The position numbers and the translations under genes were made by a program. From Octopus vulgaris (taxonomy: Eukaryota): 64,000 bases of DNA. The stretch covers positions 76,694,001 to 76,758,000 of the forward strand of contig OX597814.1 of the NCBI GenBank assembly GCA_951406725.2, given 5' to 3'. The notes below the pieces were generated by a model. It was not told where the DNA came from and did no database searches. It saw only the letters and a list, made by a program, of their open reading frames with translations. This document shows positions 37,100 through 50,589 of the stretch, piece by piece; within the stretch, counting starts at the first letter, position 1, and each line of letters begins with the position of its first letter.

Positions 37100-38559
37100 G
37101 ACAATTGTGACGGTGTCATGTTGTTAATGTTTGTCCTTGCAAATGTACACAAAAGCTAAATGCATCAGATAGGGTGTCATCAATTAAGGTAGAGATAATT
37201 TTGCTTCTTTAAAATTGCTTGAATTAGTTCTTACACCCACGCCGTCAATTTGCGACAACAACGGCCACCACCACCATCGCCACCACCACCATCGCCACCA
37301 CCGCTATCACCATTGCCAACAACCACAGTAACAGGCCAAAGGAGAAATGTCCATGCGATCGCTCAGCTTGCTAGAAATAGCAACTAAATCCCCAACTCAA
37401 GTCCTTTGTATGACACCAAGTCCTCGATGGCCCTTTCCACTTATTTGCGATCGAGCAGTTACATTAGCATTGCCCTAATCAATAGGGACATAGTTAAAAA
37501 CTAAAGATTTGGGGCTTCAAAGTGATGTTTTAGCTTTTGTTAACTGAATTGTTGCCTGTCGCTGATCATCTCATATTTCTAATACGGCAAGATGTCTGCC
37601 ATATTAAAAATAGAAGACATGGGATAATACAATCCAAAGTACATTGTGCCTGGGAAAATAAGAGACGGTGGTTGCTGGAATACTTTCTGTCAAGGCTGGC
37701 CTTGAGCTAAACATCAAGAAGAAAAGTCATTTGGCCTGCTAGCAATCTACCATTAATGCTACCCTATTGTCTTAACAAAGTGGGGATCACGTTGGTTGGC
37801 GTGTCTCTAGATACATTATACCTGAAGAAAAAGACAGGTTGGTCACAACTTGCACTTTTACCATAGCTTTGCTCGTTCAATCTGAGTTGGCACTGTGTAA
37901 CACGATACACCAAACTGGGTAACACCAAATCGTCGATGACCTATTCCACTTATTTGTTATTAGATATCAGGAAGAAATCGAAGTATCTACAGTAATACTG
38001 CTCAAGTAAGTAAGGACAGTTTATAATTTACGAATGGCAGGTCCAAAGGGATGTAACACCCTCTGTTAACTGGATCATTGTCTGCCTGAGATCACACTAC
38101 GTCCTTTGCTCAAGTTTACTTCTCTGATACAGACGTTCAACCTTGCTGTTGATTGTACATTATTCTATGTTTCAATGGAAAGAAGCTGTTGCTACTTAAC
38201 ATGCATCATCTCACTTAACAACTGAGAAATGCAACATCTTTTTTTATCGTTGATTCATTTCTACGAAAAATTACTATACTATTCTAAATGGAACATGGTA
38301 AAATAGTTGTGTACATTGTAACATTGTTTTATGTAAACACTAGCTTAAAAGCCGCACTTTTAAGCCGATTTTAAAGCTAGCTCCTGAAGAGGGTTAATTG
38401 GGCCTTCGGCCTAAATCTGAAGAGAGCAATAATAATAAAACATTTATTGGTACAGTTCTATAACAACATCGAAAAATACCTTAGGAATGAGAACCCAGAT
38501 TCGAAATTTCCCCAAGACACAAGATGAGGACAAATATCCGTCAAATGTAAACATTTATT

Positions 38560-38822
38560 GGTATCCTACCATTTCAGATTTTTATCACAGAGTTTCACAT
38601 TTGGATAATTTTGTATCATTGTGACATTTGGAGATCCCTGTAAAGCAGCAGGACGAACAACATTCATGGTTTTACCATTTGGTGTTAGTACGAACAGATT
38701 GTTGCCATTTCCAACTCTGGAACAACCAGCATAAAGCTGACCATGGGAAAAGCACTGCTGCATGAGGTGAAGTCCAACAAGTTTGAATGATTATCCTTGA
38801 CTCTTGTTAATTGTATTATTGT
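38560..38822 (-). mobile_element. Helitron RepHel helicase C-terminal fragment
   Basis: TINKSQG..VGL..CFSHGQLYAGCSRV (PIF1-family motifs V/VI). Confidence 0.8.
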
Positions 38823-39149
38823 AGGTAACGGAGATAACTGTCACAAAGTTTTGGTATTAAATTCAAAATGTTTCGGCCAGCCTTCTAATACAGAATATCA
38901 CGTTTCTAAGTATATATAAGGGAGGTAACTCTTGTAAACCGTTTGCAACCTCCTGCGATCGCCTTACCTGCTAGAAATAGCAGCCCAAATGCTCTTACAT
39001 CAGATCACAATGCTAGATGTTCAAGAACCAAATGAAGGTCAGATTTTCAATCCTAGGATCATTCTATGTAGAACAAACGTAGAGGGAGATACAGGAGAGA
39101 CGATCAGGGGTTCGAGCAAATTAGCTAACTGGATTAGAATTATGATCCA

Positions 39150-40397
39150 TTGCAATTTGTTCTTTTGTTTCCAATATGAGAGAAAGACTGGGACATGACG
39201 CGTATGGATCTGGAAATAACAAAATTATTATCAGCGTTGCATACAAAATGATTTTGAGATATTTTGATTGGGAGAAAGACTGTTAAAAACTACAATACTT
39301 GATCATCACCCAGTCTACTGTAGTCATCAAGGGCCATTGACATCTTGCCTTTCTAAGATTTGGAACTGAGAGTATGCAACAGATGTAACTAATTATCTGC
39401 TGAGTTGACTAGAACAACGTGAAGTTAAGACCATGAGTCCAACACTGACCAGCAAACCACGACTGACTATCATGTCTAAAAGAAATTGCCGTTTTCATTC
39501 GAGAACATGGAAACACTTCAGTAGAAAAGTTTGAGAGCCATGAATTTACTTTGGCTGCTTGTCAGACGTATCTAATAATCATTTGAATGAACTGAACCTC
39601 TCAAAGTAGGGATTCGAAGTAAACAGGTTGCAATATGATAAGGTTGAAATATTTAAGAAAAAGATTTCACTTTGAAAGAACCGATCTAGCACACTTAAAA
39701 TTTCTCTTTATTTTTCCTGGTTGTAGAAAAGGTTGGAGAATAATCGATCCATCGTTGAAAGAAGATATTGTCAGAGCTTCTGAAATCTGTCAATAAGTAG
39801 AAGTATATGTTGAAGGAAACTGTTGACGCCTGAATTCAGCAACACTTTCTCATTGGTCATGGATGGAATTGAAAACCTTAAAGCAGAGTTGCCAAGAACT
39901 ACAAAATAACAAAGACAAGAAATTTTTTCTCTGATCTCTTTCCTCAATTGACATCTGATTAAAACTTCTAGCTTCATACCTTCAACTTGCAAAGTTAGCG
40001 CTTCAATAATTCTATTTCCCCACAACATACAAAAAATAAGAGCACGTACACGTCTTGTTCATGGGATAAGATTGGCACTAACAAATTCTAAACCAAACAT
40101 CGAAAAACTGGTGAAAATAACAAGTCACTCATTTTGTTGGTCTCCATTTCGTGTACAGCATATTTGTTGTTAACCATGTGAATATTTTCATCTAGTCTGT
40201 TGCTAAATGATTATAAGTTTTTTTAAATCATTTTTTTTTTCTTTTTCTTTATTTTATAATTATTTTTTTTCCATTTGCAATTTCCACTATAATAAAAAAT
40301 GTATAAGAAACGACTACTGAAGATATAAGGAAAAGTGTTGTCCTATTCAACTTGTCATTAAAGAAGTGTTGGACGAACAGAATATTGTGAAACACTG
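39150..40397 (+). mobile_element. Degenerate hAT-Charlie-like transposon, 3' part
   Basis: C-terminal LALTNSKPNIEKLV; right TIR tgaaacactg followed by TTCTAGAT (NTCTAGAN target preference); left end uncertain. Confidence 0.55.
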
Positions 40398-42567
40398 TTC
40401 TAGATGTTCCTTTGGATCGAGCTTTCTGCCTTATAATTTAAGTTCAAGCGGAACATTATCATCATCTTTGGTTTTTAACTTACTTTGAACGAGAAAAATT
40501 CTGTGTATTTGCGTGTGTGTGTTTGTATGCATGTGTGTGCGTATGTATATGCATGTGTGTACGTGTATGCATGCATTTGTGTACGTGCATGTATGCATGA
40601 GTGTGCGTGTATGTCTGCGTGTGTGTTGCAGCATGTGTGCGCGTGTATGTCTGCGTGTGTGTTGCAGCTTCTTATGTGTTTAAATTGTCGTATCCCGTAT
40701 GAGTTTCACTTGATCATTCTCTGCGACTGGAAACGGGTGGTGTTCATATCACCTTTCGCTGCTCTTTAGCCTGTCCAGCCTACACATCCCCCAATGTAGC
40801 CACAATGTAACTTTGTTATCAAGTCGTCGTCGTCGTCATCATCATCATCATCATAATCGTCATCAACGTGAGAAAGTGTAGTAAAACAATACAAACAGTG
40901 GTGTGCTCCATTATGTAAAGTCGATTTCAATCCCTGACTCCTGCATGAGCTTGAAGAGAGAAAGAAGCCACATAGTCATCAAAGTAGAATAAACCTATAA
41001 AAATTCCAAAACGGGATTTCTTGAGATGGTGGTAATCATTGTCGTAGTTGAGTTTAAACAATTGTGTATCAACAATCTTAAACGTAAAACTCCTGAAGAA
41101 CTTTAAAAAATATCTGAATAAGTTAAACTTGAAATATTCCCGATTTTTTTTTAAAACTTGCTCTGAGCTGCGTAGAACATAATTCTCGTTTTTGTTGTAT
41201 TGATTAGATAACTAGCATTTTCCCTCGGACGAGGGCTTCAGATTCCCGCAAATAACTTTTCTATGGAAGAAGTGTTGAAATCAGATCACTTTGTACAGCG
41301 ACCACTTCCACAATTGGATGGTCAGGTAGACCACTGAGAGATAAGCATTTTTGATCTGAACACAGCTAAGCACCGATGACACGATACAAGACAGCCTCTC
41401 AGTTTGTTGTTTTAGTTGTTATTGTTGTTCAGATTCTGCAGACATACGGTTAAAACAATTCCACCTACTACCATTCAGCCTTTTTGTTGAGATATATTGT
41501 CCGAGCAGGTAATATAAAATAGATAGGCAGTGAGCAAATGAGTAGCTAATAATAGTAAAAAAAAGCACAGCGATACCGCTTCATCGAAATACATTCGATT
41601 TCTGAAGGGTTTTGGATTTTCGATTCAGTATTATGAACAACCAAGATGTTTATGGAGAGGTTGATAAATTGCTATAAGTTTACTCATATCGTACTTATTA
41701 TTATTATTATTATTTTGTACACAGCTTTCAATTCTTGCTTGCCTGTTTATATAAAATTGTATCTGTCAATTAATTCTTCATTATTTTTGAATAGCTACTA
41801 CTTAAATCCATTTACTCAATCGATTAAATGGCTTTCAGCACCGAATGAGAATGTTATAAAGCAGCTTCTCTGAGTTGCTCACCTCTATTCCAAAACATAA
41901 GGACAGTGTTACTTCTTATCTTGATCTTTTTTCTTCCTTTCCTTTCTCTTTATTCTTAACCTCCCTTTCAAAAAACATTTTATCAATATTTTTTCGTAGT
42001 ATCACAAATGGCGATAGTAAACCTAAAATCAAAGTCTGTTTGACGAGTGGCATTAAGTGACGAACTGGAGTTCGCTTTTTAAATGTCCTTTTAGTTTCTT
42101 TCACATGATTTCTACTAGGTCTCTCACCTCTCAATAATTAATCTACGACATTTAAATGCTTTGTTCTTTTCTTAATTTATTTATCTGATTTATCTTGATT
42201 TTCCAGTCAAGTATTAAAGTCGCTGTCCTTCAACCTAAGTCAGAAATAATTATTATTGTGTGGCCAAGTGGTTAGGGTGTTGCGCTAGATCATGGATTCC
42301 ATTCCCGGACCGAACGGAGTGTTTTGTTCTCGAGCAAAACACTCTATTTCACGTTGCTCTGCAATCATTTCGACATCTGATGTGTGGTGCACTCGTGCAC
42401 CTGTCCAGGCAATGTCGACTTGATGGAGGGACCGCTATAAACAAGTTATTTGTGCAGGTCGTTCAGCAAACATTGAACACTCATACGTCGTCTTCAATGA
42501 GACAATCCATCTTATATCTTCATCGTCATCATCATTCATCATCGTATCATCATCATCATCATCATCA

Positions 42568-42607
<40 letters not shown>

Positions 42608-42608
<1 letters not shown>

Positions 42609-44469
42609 TAGTTTTATTTTTATAACGTACTTTCACTTCACTACCGAGCGCAGCTCTGTGTGCCTTGAGTATGTGCTGTGATTTGTTGTGATGCTCTGGT
42701 GGTTATTGTATGGAAAGAGTTCTGCGTAGGATGTGTGCAGTGCCTAGTTGTGCAATTTTCTGTATGTTATATATATTTGTAAGTCCTAGTGTTTTTGTTA
42801 TGTATTTGTCTGAATATTTTTTTATCATGCCTAATGCACCTATTATGATAGGAATTGTTTCTGTTTCTAGATTCCACATTCTGGTTACCTCTATTTCCAG
42901 GTCTTTGTATTTTGAAAGTTTCTCCATTTCTTATAGAGACACATTGTCATCTGCTGGTATTGATACATCAATTAGAAAGCATTTTTTTCTTCATGATCTC
43001 TGACAACTATATCTGGTCTGTTGGCCTTAATTTCTCTATCTGTGTGTATCGGCATATCCCAGAGTATGGTTGCTTTCTCGTTTTTTCTGTTGTTATTTCA
43101 TAATGTTGGCATAGCTTCCAGTGTATATAGGTCCCAACTCTGTCGTGTCTGTGAATATATTCCTTCTTAGCCAGGACTGGGCAGCCAGAGATAATATGAT
43201 TTATTGTCTCTTGTCCATCTCCACATATTCTGCAGTTACTTGTTATATTTCTTTTCATTACATGTTTTTGGTAATTTCTGGTGGGGAGGCTTTGGTCTTG
43301 TGCTGCAATTAAAAATCCTTCTGTCTCTGCTTTGAGTCCTGAGCTTCTCAACCATTGCTGGGATTTTTCTTTGTCTATTTCTTTTGCATTTAGTTTAGTC
43401 CAGCATTTACCATGAAGTGGCTTTTCTTGCCATCGTTTTATCATGGTTCGTTGCTGTCCTATGGTGGTTATTTTATAATAGTTTTCCAGCTGTATAAAGC
43501 CTCTACCACCTTCTATACGTTGTATCAGATTTTGGGTGATGCATCCTAGATCCTGTCATTATTTTTCTTGTTTTCCTATCTATTTTGGTCAGTTCATTTA
43601 GTGTCCAGTTAAGGATATTGTAGCTGTAACTTATAACTGGGACGGCTAAAGTGTTGATACCTATTATCTTGTTTTTAGCATTGAGCTCTGTTTTCAGTAT
43701 TGATCTAACTCGTCTGTAATATTCTTTTTTATTTTCTCTTTCATTTGTGTGTGTTGTGTCTTATCTAGTTCATGGATTCCTAAGTATTTGTAAGTTTGGC
43801 TTTGGTCTAATTCTTTTATTTCATTGGTTTTATCTAGTGTGATGTTGCTACTCTTAACTAGTTTTCCTCTTTTCAGGATTACTTTGGCGCATTTTTCTAA
43901 TCCAAATTTCATATCCATTTCTTTGGTAAATCCATGAACTGTCTTTAGTAGTGTTTCCAGCTGTTTGTCATTTATGGCGTATAGTTTTAGGTCATCCATA
44001 TATAAAAGGTGGCTGATCGTTTTGCCGTAACAGTTATATCCGCATCCAGTTCTGTTTAGCATATCAGATAGAGGTGACAGTGCCAAGCAGAAAAGGAGTG
44101 GAGAGAGCGTGTCTCCCTGGAATATTCCTCTTCTAATGGGGATGGCTTTGATTTTCACGAGTCCCTCTTTTGTTTGGAGCTGCAGCACTGTCTGCCATTT
44201 ATTCATAGAGTGTCCTATGTATTTTATAATTGTTGGTGCAACATTGTTAATGGCTAGTGTTTCGAGGATCCATGTGTGGGGGATGCTATCAAACGCCTTT
44301 TTGTAGTCGATCCAGGCTATACTGAGGCCTTTCTTCTTTCTGTGGCTGTCTTCAGTTATGGCTTTATTGATCATTAGTTGATCTTTACAGCCATATGAGC
44401 CTTTGCGGCATCCTTTCAGTTCTTCTGGAAACAGGTTGTTTTCGTCCAGGAGCTTGTTCAATCTTTGTG

Positions 44470-44470
<1 letters not shown>
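42608..44470 (-). mobile_element. Dong/R4-clade LINE (RT plus restriction-like endonuclease), 5'-truncated and flanked by (TAA)n
   Basis: WIDYKKAFDS, GIFQGDTLSP, YMDDLKL; CRICG..HIISGC, RHD, PDIV, KYKDL, IIGALG. Confidence 0.92.
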
Positions 44471-44536
<66 letters not shown>

Positions 44537-44850
44537 GAATGAGAGAACAGTGCATGCCATCAAAGTGACATTGGGGTAAAATATACGAAGCCCAGTATAC
44601 CCAGCATGACTACCCGTTTGATAAGGGTACACCAGGCATCACAACCATATGTGCGCAACATAGTGATCTTATATCAAGATAAACAGCGCATGACCTTGCA
44701 GGTCAGTTAGAATTTTCTTCAGGTTGAGTAGCCCATCCCGCTCAAAAGGTCTCTGAATAAGGGTTGTTTAAGGATGTTGACCGAAACACCCATGATTCCA
44801 GAGGTAAATTATCCAGCCCCCAAAGAATTCCTCTATACACATGGCTATGA
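44537..44850 (-). mobile_element. Partial copy of a non-coding element of about 550 bp inserted in (TAA)n
   Basis: Homologous to 45564-46069 and 46343-46894; orientation inferred. Confidence 0.65.
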
Positions 44851-45332
44851 AGCAAATTTCTACTGCATCACCTGCTATACTACCGTGTTGCTTGGGGTGT
44901 GTGCATCATTGTGTGTTCTTTTCTGCTGTTGAGACTATGCGAACTCTTCCCAGTACTGTATTGTGTTAGCTTTTTTCTTTGAGGTGTGGTGCTGTCTTTT
45001 GTTGTGTTGTGTTGAGTGTGTAATGCTTTGGTTTTCTAGCTTGCTGGTGGTAGCTTATTTCACTGGATAAATACTGTATAGAGTGTGTCTTGCATTTGTG
45101 GATTGTCTTGTTTAGGTTGTATTATTGGATTGACCGTGTCTTGTGTAGGAAGTAGGCTGTTCCTAACAGGGCTATTTTTTGGACAGTGTGTAAGATTCGG
45201 GTATAGCTTCTAAATTTTTGTTCATATGTTTTTTGTTATCATGCCCAATGCTCCTTTTATTATTGACATTGTTTTTACCTTTATACCCCAATTTACTATT
45301 ATTATTATCATTGTTGTTGTCGTTGTTGTTAA

Positions 45333-45535
45333 GGCGGCGAGCAGGCAGAATTATTAGCAGGCCTGGCAAAATGCTTAGTGGTATTTCGTCCGTCTTTACC
45401 GTTCTGAGTTCAAATTCAGCCGAGGTTGACTTTGCCTTTCATCCTCTCAAGTCAATAAAATAAGAACCAGTTGAACACTGGGGTCGATGTAATTGACTTA
45501 TCCTCTCCCCGATCTTACTGGCCTTGTGCCAAAAT
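45333..45535 (+). mobile_element. SINE (family 2)
   Basis: ggcggcgagc...ttctgagttcaaat...gactttgcctttcatcc; homologues near 19110, 22560, 36085, 46072 and 55850. Confidence 0.7.
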
Positions 45536-45563
45536 TATTGTTATTATCTTTATTATCATTATT

Positions 45564-46069
45564 GAGTAAGAGAGTAGTGCATGCCATCAAAGTGATTCTT
45601 GGGGTACAAATATACTAAGCCCAATATACCCATAATGACTGCCCGTCTGACAAGGGTACACTAAGTACATGCATCACAACCATATGTATACGACATGGGG
45701 ATCTCATATCTTCAGGTCAAGTGGCCCATCCCGCTCAAAAGGTTCCTGAATAAGGCTTATTCAAGGATGATGAATGAAATACCCATATTTCCAGAGATTA
45801 ATTATTCAAACCTTAAAGAATATCTCTCAACATATGGTTATGATGCTCTCCCCACTACTTCTGCTCGTGATCAGAGATGCACATATTATCAGCCACTAAG
45901 GGACATGCTCAACTGGTTAAGGTCAAACAGCTGACAAGCAAACTTATGGTATTGAGCAGAATATTTGCTGTAACCTAAATTTCATACCAAGACAAAACAC
46001 ATACATTATAACACTTCCAATCAGTTAAGATCAAAAGCCATGAGAGCCAGTGCCTGGTACTGCATCAGG
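45564..46069 (-). mobile_element. Copy 2 of the (TAA)n-associated non-coding element
   Basis: Starts directly after tta repeats; internal deletion near 45710 relative to copy 3. Confidence 0.7.
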
Positions 46070-46296
46070 CAGCGACCGGGCAAAATCGTTAGCACGCTGG
46101 ATGAAATGCTTAGTGGTATTTTGCCCGTCGCTACGTTGTGAGCTCTAATTCCGCCAAGGTCGACTTTGGCTTTCATCCATTCGGGGTTGATAAGTCAAAT
46201 ACTAGTGAAACACCGGGGTCGATATAATCGACTAATCCCGTCCCCACACCCAAATTTCAGGCCTTGTGTTTTCTGTAGAAAGGATTATCCTTATTA

Positions 46297-46342
<46 letters not shown>

Positions 46343-46892
46343 GAGTAAGAGAGTAGTGCATGCCATCAAAGTGATTCTTGGGGTACAAATATACTAAGCC
46401 CAATATACCCATAATGACTGCCCGTCTGACAAGGGTACACTAAGTATCACAACCGTATGTATACGACATGGTGATCTCATATCAAGATAAACAGCACATG
46501 ACCTTGCAGGTGGGGCCCAGTTAGAATTTTCTTCAGGTTGAGTAGCCCATCCTGCTCAAACGGTCCCTGAATAAGGGTTGCTTTAGGATGTTGAACGAAA
46601 CACCTATGTTTCCAGAGGTGAACCATTCAAACTCCAAAGAATCCCTCTCAACACATGGCCATGATGCTCCCCCACTACTTCTGCTCGTGATCAGAGATGC
46701 ACATATCGTCAGCCACTAAGGGACATGCTCAACTGGTTAAGGTCAAACAACTGACAAGCAAATCTGTGGTATTGAGCAGAATATTTGCTGTAGCCCATCT
46801 TTTATACCAAGACAAAACAATGTACATGATAACACTTCCAATCAGTTAAGATCAGAAGCCATGAGAGCCACTGCCTGGTACTGCATCAGGGC

Positions 46893-46894
<2 letters not shown>
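46343..46894 (-). mobile_element. Copy 3 (apparently complete) of the (TAA)n-associated non-coding element
   Basis: Flanked on both sides by (TTA)n. Confidence 0.72.
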
Positions 46895-46926
<32 letters not shown>

Positions 46927-46932
46927 TCATCA

Positions 46933-47006
<74 letters not shown>

Positions 47007-47007
<1 letters not shown>

Positions 47008-48015
47008 GTTTGACTTTTACTGTGTATTTGTTCAAGTTGACTCCAAGTCTCATTCAAAGACCTCAAGAGACAACATGATAAAAGTTCTTATTGATGTTAT
47101 GCCTAGGGTGTCATATATTTGGTTTTACACGTGGTATTATTCTAGAGAATGTTTAAAACAACATAAGAAATTATGAGTTTGTTTTAAAATTTGAGATTAC
47201 ATAGACAATATATTACGCAGGATATGGGCAGTTCCCATGAACACTATCTTTTGAATTTCTACCATTTTGGGGTTTCCTGGTATCTGAGCTAGGTATGAAT
47301 AAGCTCCTTTTGCTATCATTCCTAGGGCACCTATGACAACAGGTATTGTTTTAGTTTTGAGGTTCCAAATTTTACCAATTTCTATTTCAAGATCTTTATA
47401 CTTGATCAGTTTTTGGTAGGTCTTGACAGATACATTTCTGTCGATTGGGACAGTCATATTAATGGGGGGACATGATTTTTCTAGCTTTTTGTCAGTTTGA
47501 ATGGTGAAGTTACAGAGGAGTGAGAAGAAATCATTTTCAAGCACTAGAGGTGGTTTGTGTTCCCACCAGTTTTTATCATGGGGCCGGTCCAGGTTTTTGC
47601 AAATTATCCAGTGAATATATTGTGCTGTTCTATCATGCCTGTTGAGATACTCTGTAGGCGCAATAAGACTGCACGTGGAGACAACATGATTAATGGTTTC
47701 ATTTTGTTGTTTACATACACATCATGTTGGGCTACCGCCGTTCTTTAATATGTTGGCCTGGCCAAAAGACACTAACCATTGATGAGTAAGGGCTTTATCA
47801 GCATCGGCACTATTAGTTCCCTGGGTATTTGCCATTGAAAGGTTTTTCTTGCCATTTATCAGTAAGAATATCTAAGGCAGCAGTTTTAGTACGGGTTTTC
47901 ATACGCTTAGCTTTTTCTGTGCTTGTTTCCAGTATGTCTAATTCTGGAATTTATTGTATTTGGAATTCACTTAGACATTTCTTTGTCTGTTTTGTTACTG
48001 AGTATGATGCTTTTT
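47007..48015 (-). mobile_element. Dong/R4 LINE 3' fragment (second family)
   Basis: TIQTDK, KYKDLEIEIGKIW, IPVVIGALG, GTAHILR; flanked by (TAA)n. Confidence 0.8.
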
Positions 48016-48032
48016 TGTTTTGTTTTTTGTTG

Positions 48033-48194
<162 letters not shown>

Positions 48195-48420
48195 TTTCAT
48201 ATGCACACAACAGATTAGACTGTTGGAAAAGAAAAATCCTAACATCGGTCTACAACAAGGAACCTTAGATGCCAAGAACCCTCCTAAGTATCCTAGCTGT
48301 CCCCAGTAACACTGTTTTCTGCAGCTGTACCGAGGTATGAGTATATATTTACTTGGCATTCCTGGGAATCGTTGCACTTTCCGATAATGCTGTGCGTCTT
48401 GAGGTTTATACACACCCATC
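48195..48420 (-). mobile_element. Dong/R4 LINE extreme 3' fragment (third family)
   Basis: LQKTVLLGTARILRRVL-type C-terminus, followed by a trinucleotide tail. Confidence 0.55.
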
Positions 48421-49025
48421 CGTCCTTAAAGCGCATTTAGCACCAAGAAACTTTTGAAATTCAATCGCTGTCTCTTGCTTGGAGAAGTCTGGGGTACATC
48501 AGTGTTAATCGATTACATTGATCACGGTACTTGAAAGTGTTGTTGACCTCGACAGGACTTATTGAATTACGCATGTTTCTATTTTCAAAGAGTAGGAATT
48601 CTGACTGGCGCATTTTACATACATAGTTGTAGTTGGTCTTCAAACTTTGGATAAAGGCTATATTCTTTCTTTCTTACTTTCTTTCTTTTTCTTTCTTTCT
48701 TTCTTTTTCTCATTCTCTCGCTTTCTCCTCTCTTTTTCTTTCTCGCTCTTTCTCACTTCCCTCTCTTTCCCTCCTCTCTCTCCCTCTCTTTATTTAAATA
48801 CGGAAAACGATTCTCGTAGGATATTAGAAGCGCTCCTTGTTTCTCCCCAATAATAATACGTCAGCCGACTTGACATTTCAACTAAACAACAACCCGCTTT
48901 GCACCAGTGTCTAAATATATGCATTATCCCTTCCAACCATATTATGTCCATAATCTATACATTTTGTTTATGATGAACTTACATAGACGTCATTGTACGA
49001 AATATTCTTCAGAATATTTTTTCAA

Positions 49026-49167
49026 ACAGGCATGGCTGTGTGGTAAGAAGCTTGCTTCCCAACCTCATGGTTCCAGGTTCAGTTCCTCTACGTGACACCT
49101 TCGACAAGTGATGTCTACAATAGCTTCAAGCCGATCAAAGCTTTGTGAGTGGTTTTGATAGACGGAA

Positions 49168-49240
<73 letters not shown>

Positions 49241-49465
49241 CGCACGCGCGCACACACACACCAATGTGTTTGTGTCTGGCCCCACTACCGCTTGACAACT
49301 GGTATAGATGTGTTTACGTCCTCGTAACTTAGCGGTTCGGCAAAAGATATCGATAGAATAAGTACCAGGCTTTTAAAAAAAGTACTGGGGTCGATTCATT
49401 CAACTAAAAATTCTTTAAGGCTACGCCCCTGCATGGCTGCAGTTTAGTGACTGAGACAAGTAAAA
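49026..49465 (+). mobile_element. tRNA-derived SINE (family 1), near full length with internal (CA)n
   Basis: Box A/B head; 3' part cgatagaataagtaccaggc...gcatggctgcagt. Confidence 0.75.
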
Positions 49466-50152
49466 TCGTGTTTAAGTTGGTGAGTGTCGCCATAATTCTT
49501 GCCTTTAGTTCATCTTTGGTGTTACAAGGCGTTTTGTTGGTCTCTCGCTCAACTGCACCCTACACATAATAATCAAGGGGGTTGCAGTCTGGGGAGTTAG
49601 GTGGCCAGATGTTAGGGGTGATGTAGTCGCAGAATTTGTATGACAGCTATGATTGCGTTCTCCTGCTTGTGTAGCATGGTGCAAAGTCCTGTTACCAGAC
49701 ACAGAATCTTCCAGCAGCCAACCTCTTTACCCAGGGAAGCAGTACCTCCTTCAGGCAGTTGATGTAGGCCTCCATGTTCAGTCTGAAGCCATGTGGGAAG
49801 ATGAATGGAGGCATAACATTGCCATCACTAGTGATCACTCTAAATGTTGACTGGATGTTAACTGGATGTTTGATTTTTATCACACTCGGTACATGTCCTC
49901 AGATTGCACTGTCCTCAGATTGACACACAAACACTCTGAAATGTTTGTAATGGAGCTTCCGGCGCGAATGCCAAGCAGTACAGCATGTCCTTTCCAAATT
50001 TCTGGCTGTGGGAATTGCGTCATGGTGCTGTTTTTCTCACAGATGGCGCCCAATTAACCCTACTATATCGTGTAATCGACAAAATCAAAAGCAAACAATG
50101 CGCATGCGCGAAATCAAAAATATAAAATGGCAACAATTTACCCATTGCATCA
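49466..50152 (-). mobile_element. Degenerate Tc1/mariner-superfamily transposon
   Basis: VITSDGNVMPPFIF, QDFAP and WPPNSPDCNPLDY motifs in broken frames. Confidence 0.75.
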
Positions 50153-50589
50153 TGTGCGCGCGCGCACACACACACACACACGTATAGCTGGTGTAAAACG
50201 AATTAAACGTTTTTACCTCTGAGGGGAGAGAACCCCTTTAAGCCTATTTTAACTAAAGTCGCACCTCAACTTACATCTTTTTGTCTTATGTCTTTTTCAA
50301 CTTTGAGAATCTCTTGTAGCAAGCTGCCACTAAGTTGATGTGGTACTCGTGGGAATTTACCATTGATAATAAATTAACTGTCTGCGAGTGGCAGAGTAAG
50401 AAATAAAAAAAGAACAAAGATAGAGAGAAAGGGGGCAGTTAACTCGCTGAAAGTTGCGAAGAAAAGAGAAAGATTTTTCGACAGGTGTCTTGAATTTATA
50501 CCTGTGCCAAAGTTGAACAAGTCATTGACAATAGAATGGAATGACTGTCAAGATTAAATTCTGTCTCATTTAAGATGGTGGGGAATTTG

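Larger units (their letters stand above)
29053..38195. repeat. Segmental tandem duplication, unit B (paralogous to about 1-24290)
   Basis: Collinear homologous blocks: 1-930/29053-29997, 6100-6435/30960-31290, 8760-9450/31555-31900 plus 32500-32705, 13996-14490/32712-33025 plus 33745-33900, 21860-23380/35360-36885, 23525-24290/37978-38195. Confidence 0.9.
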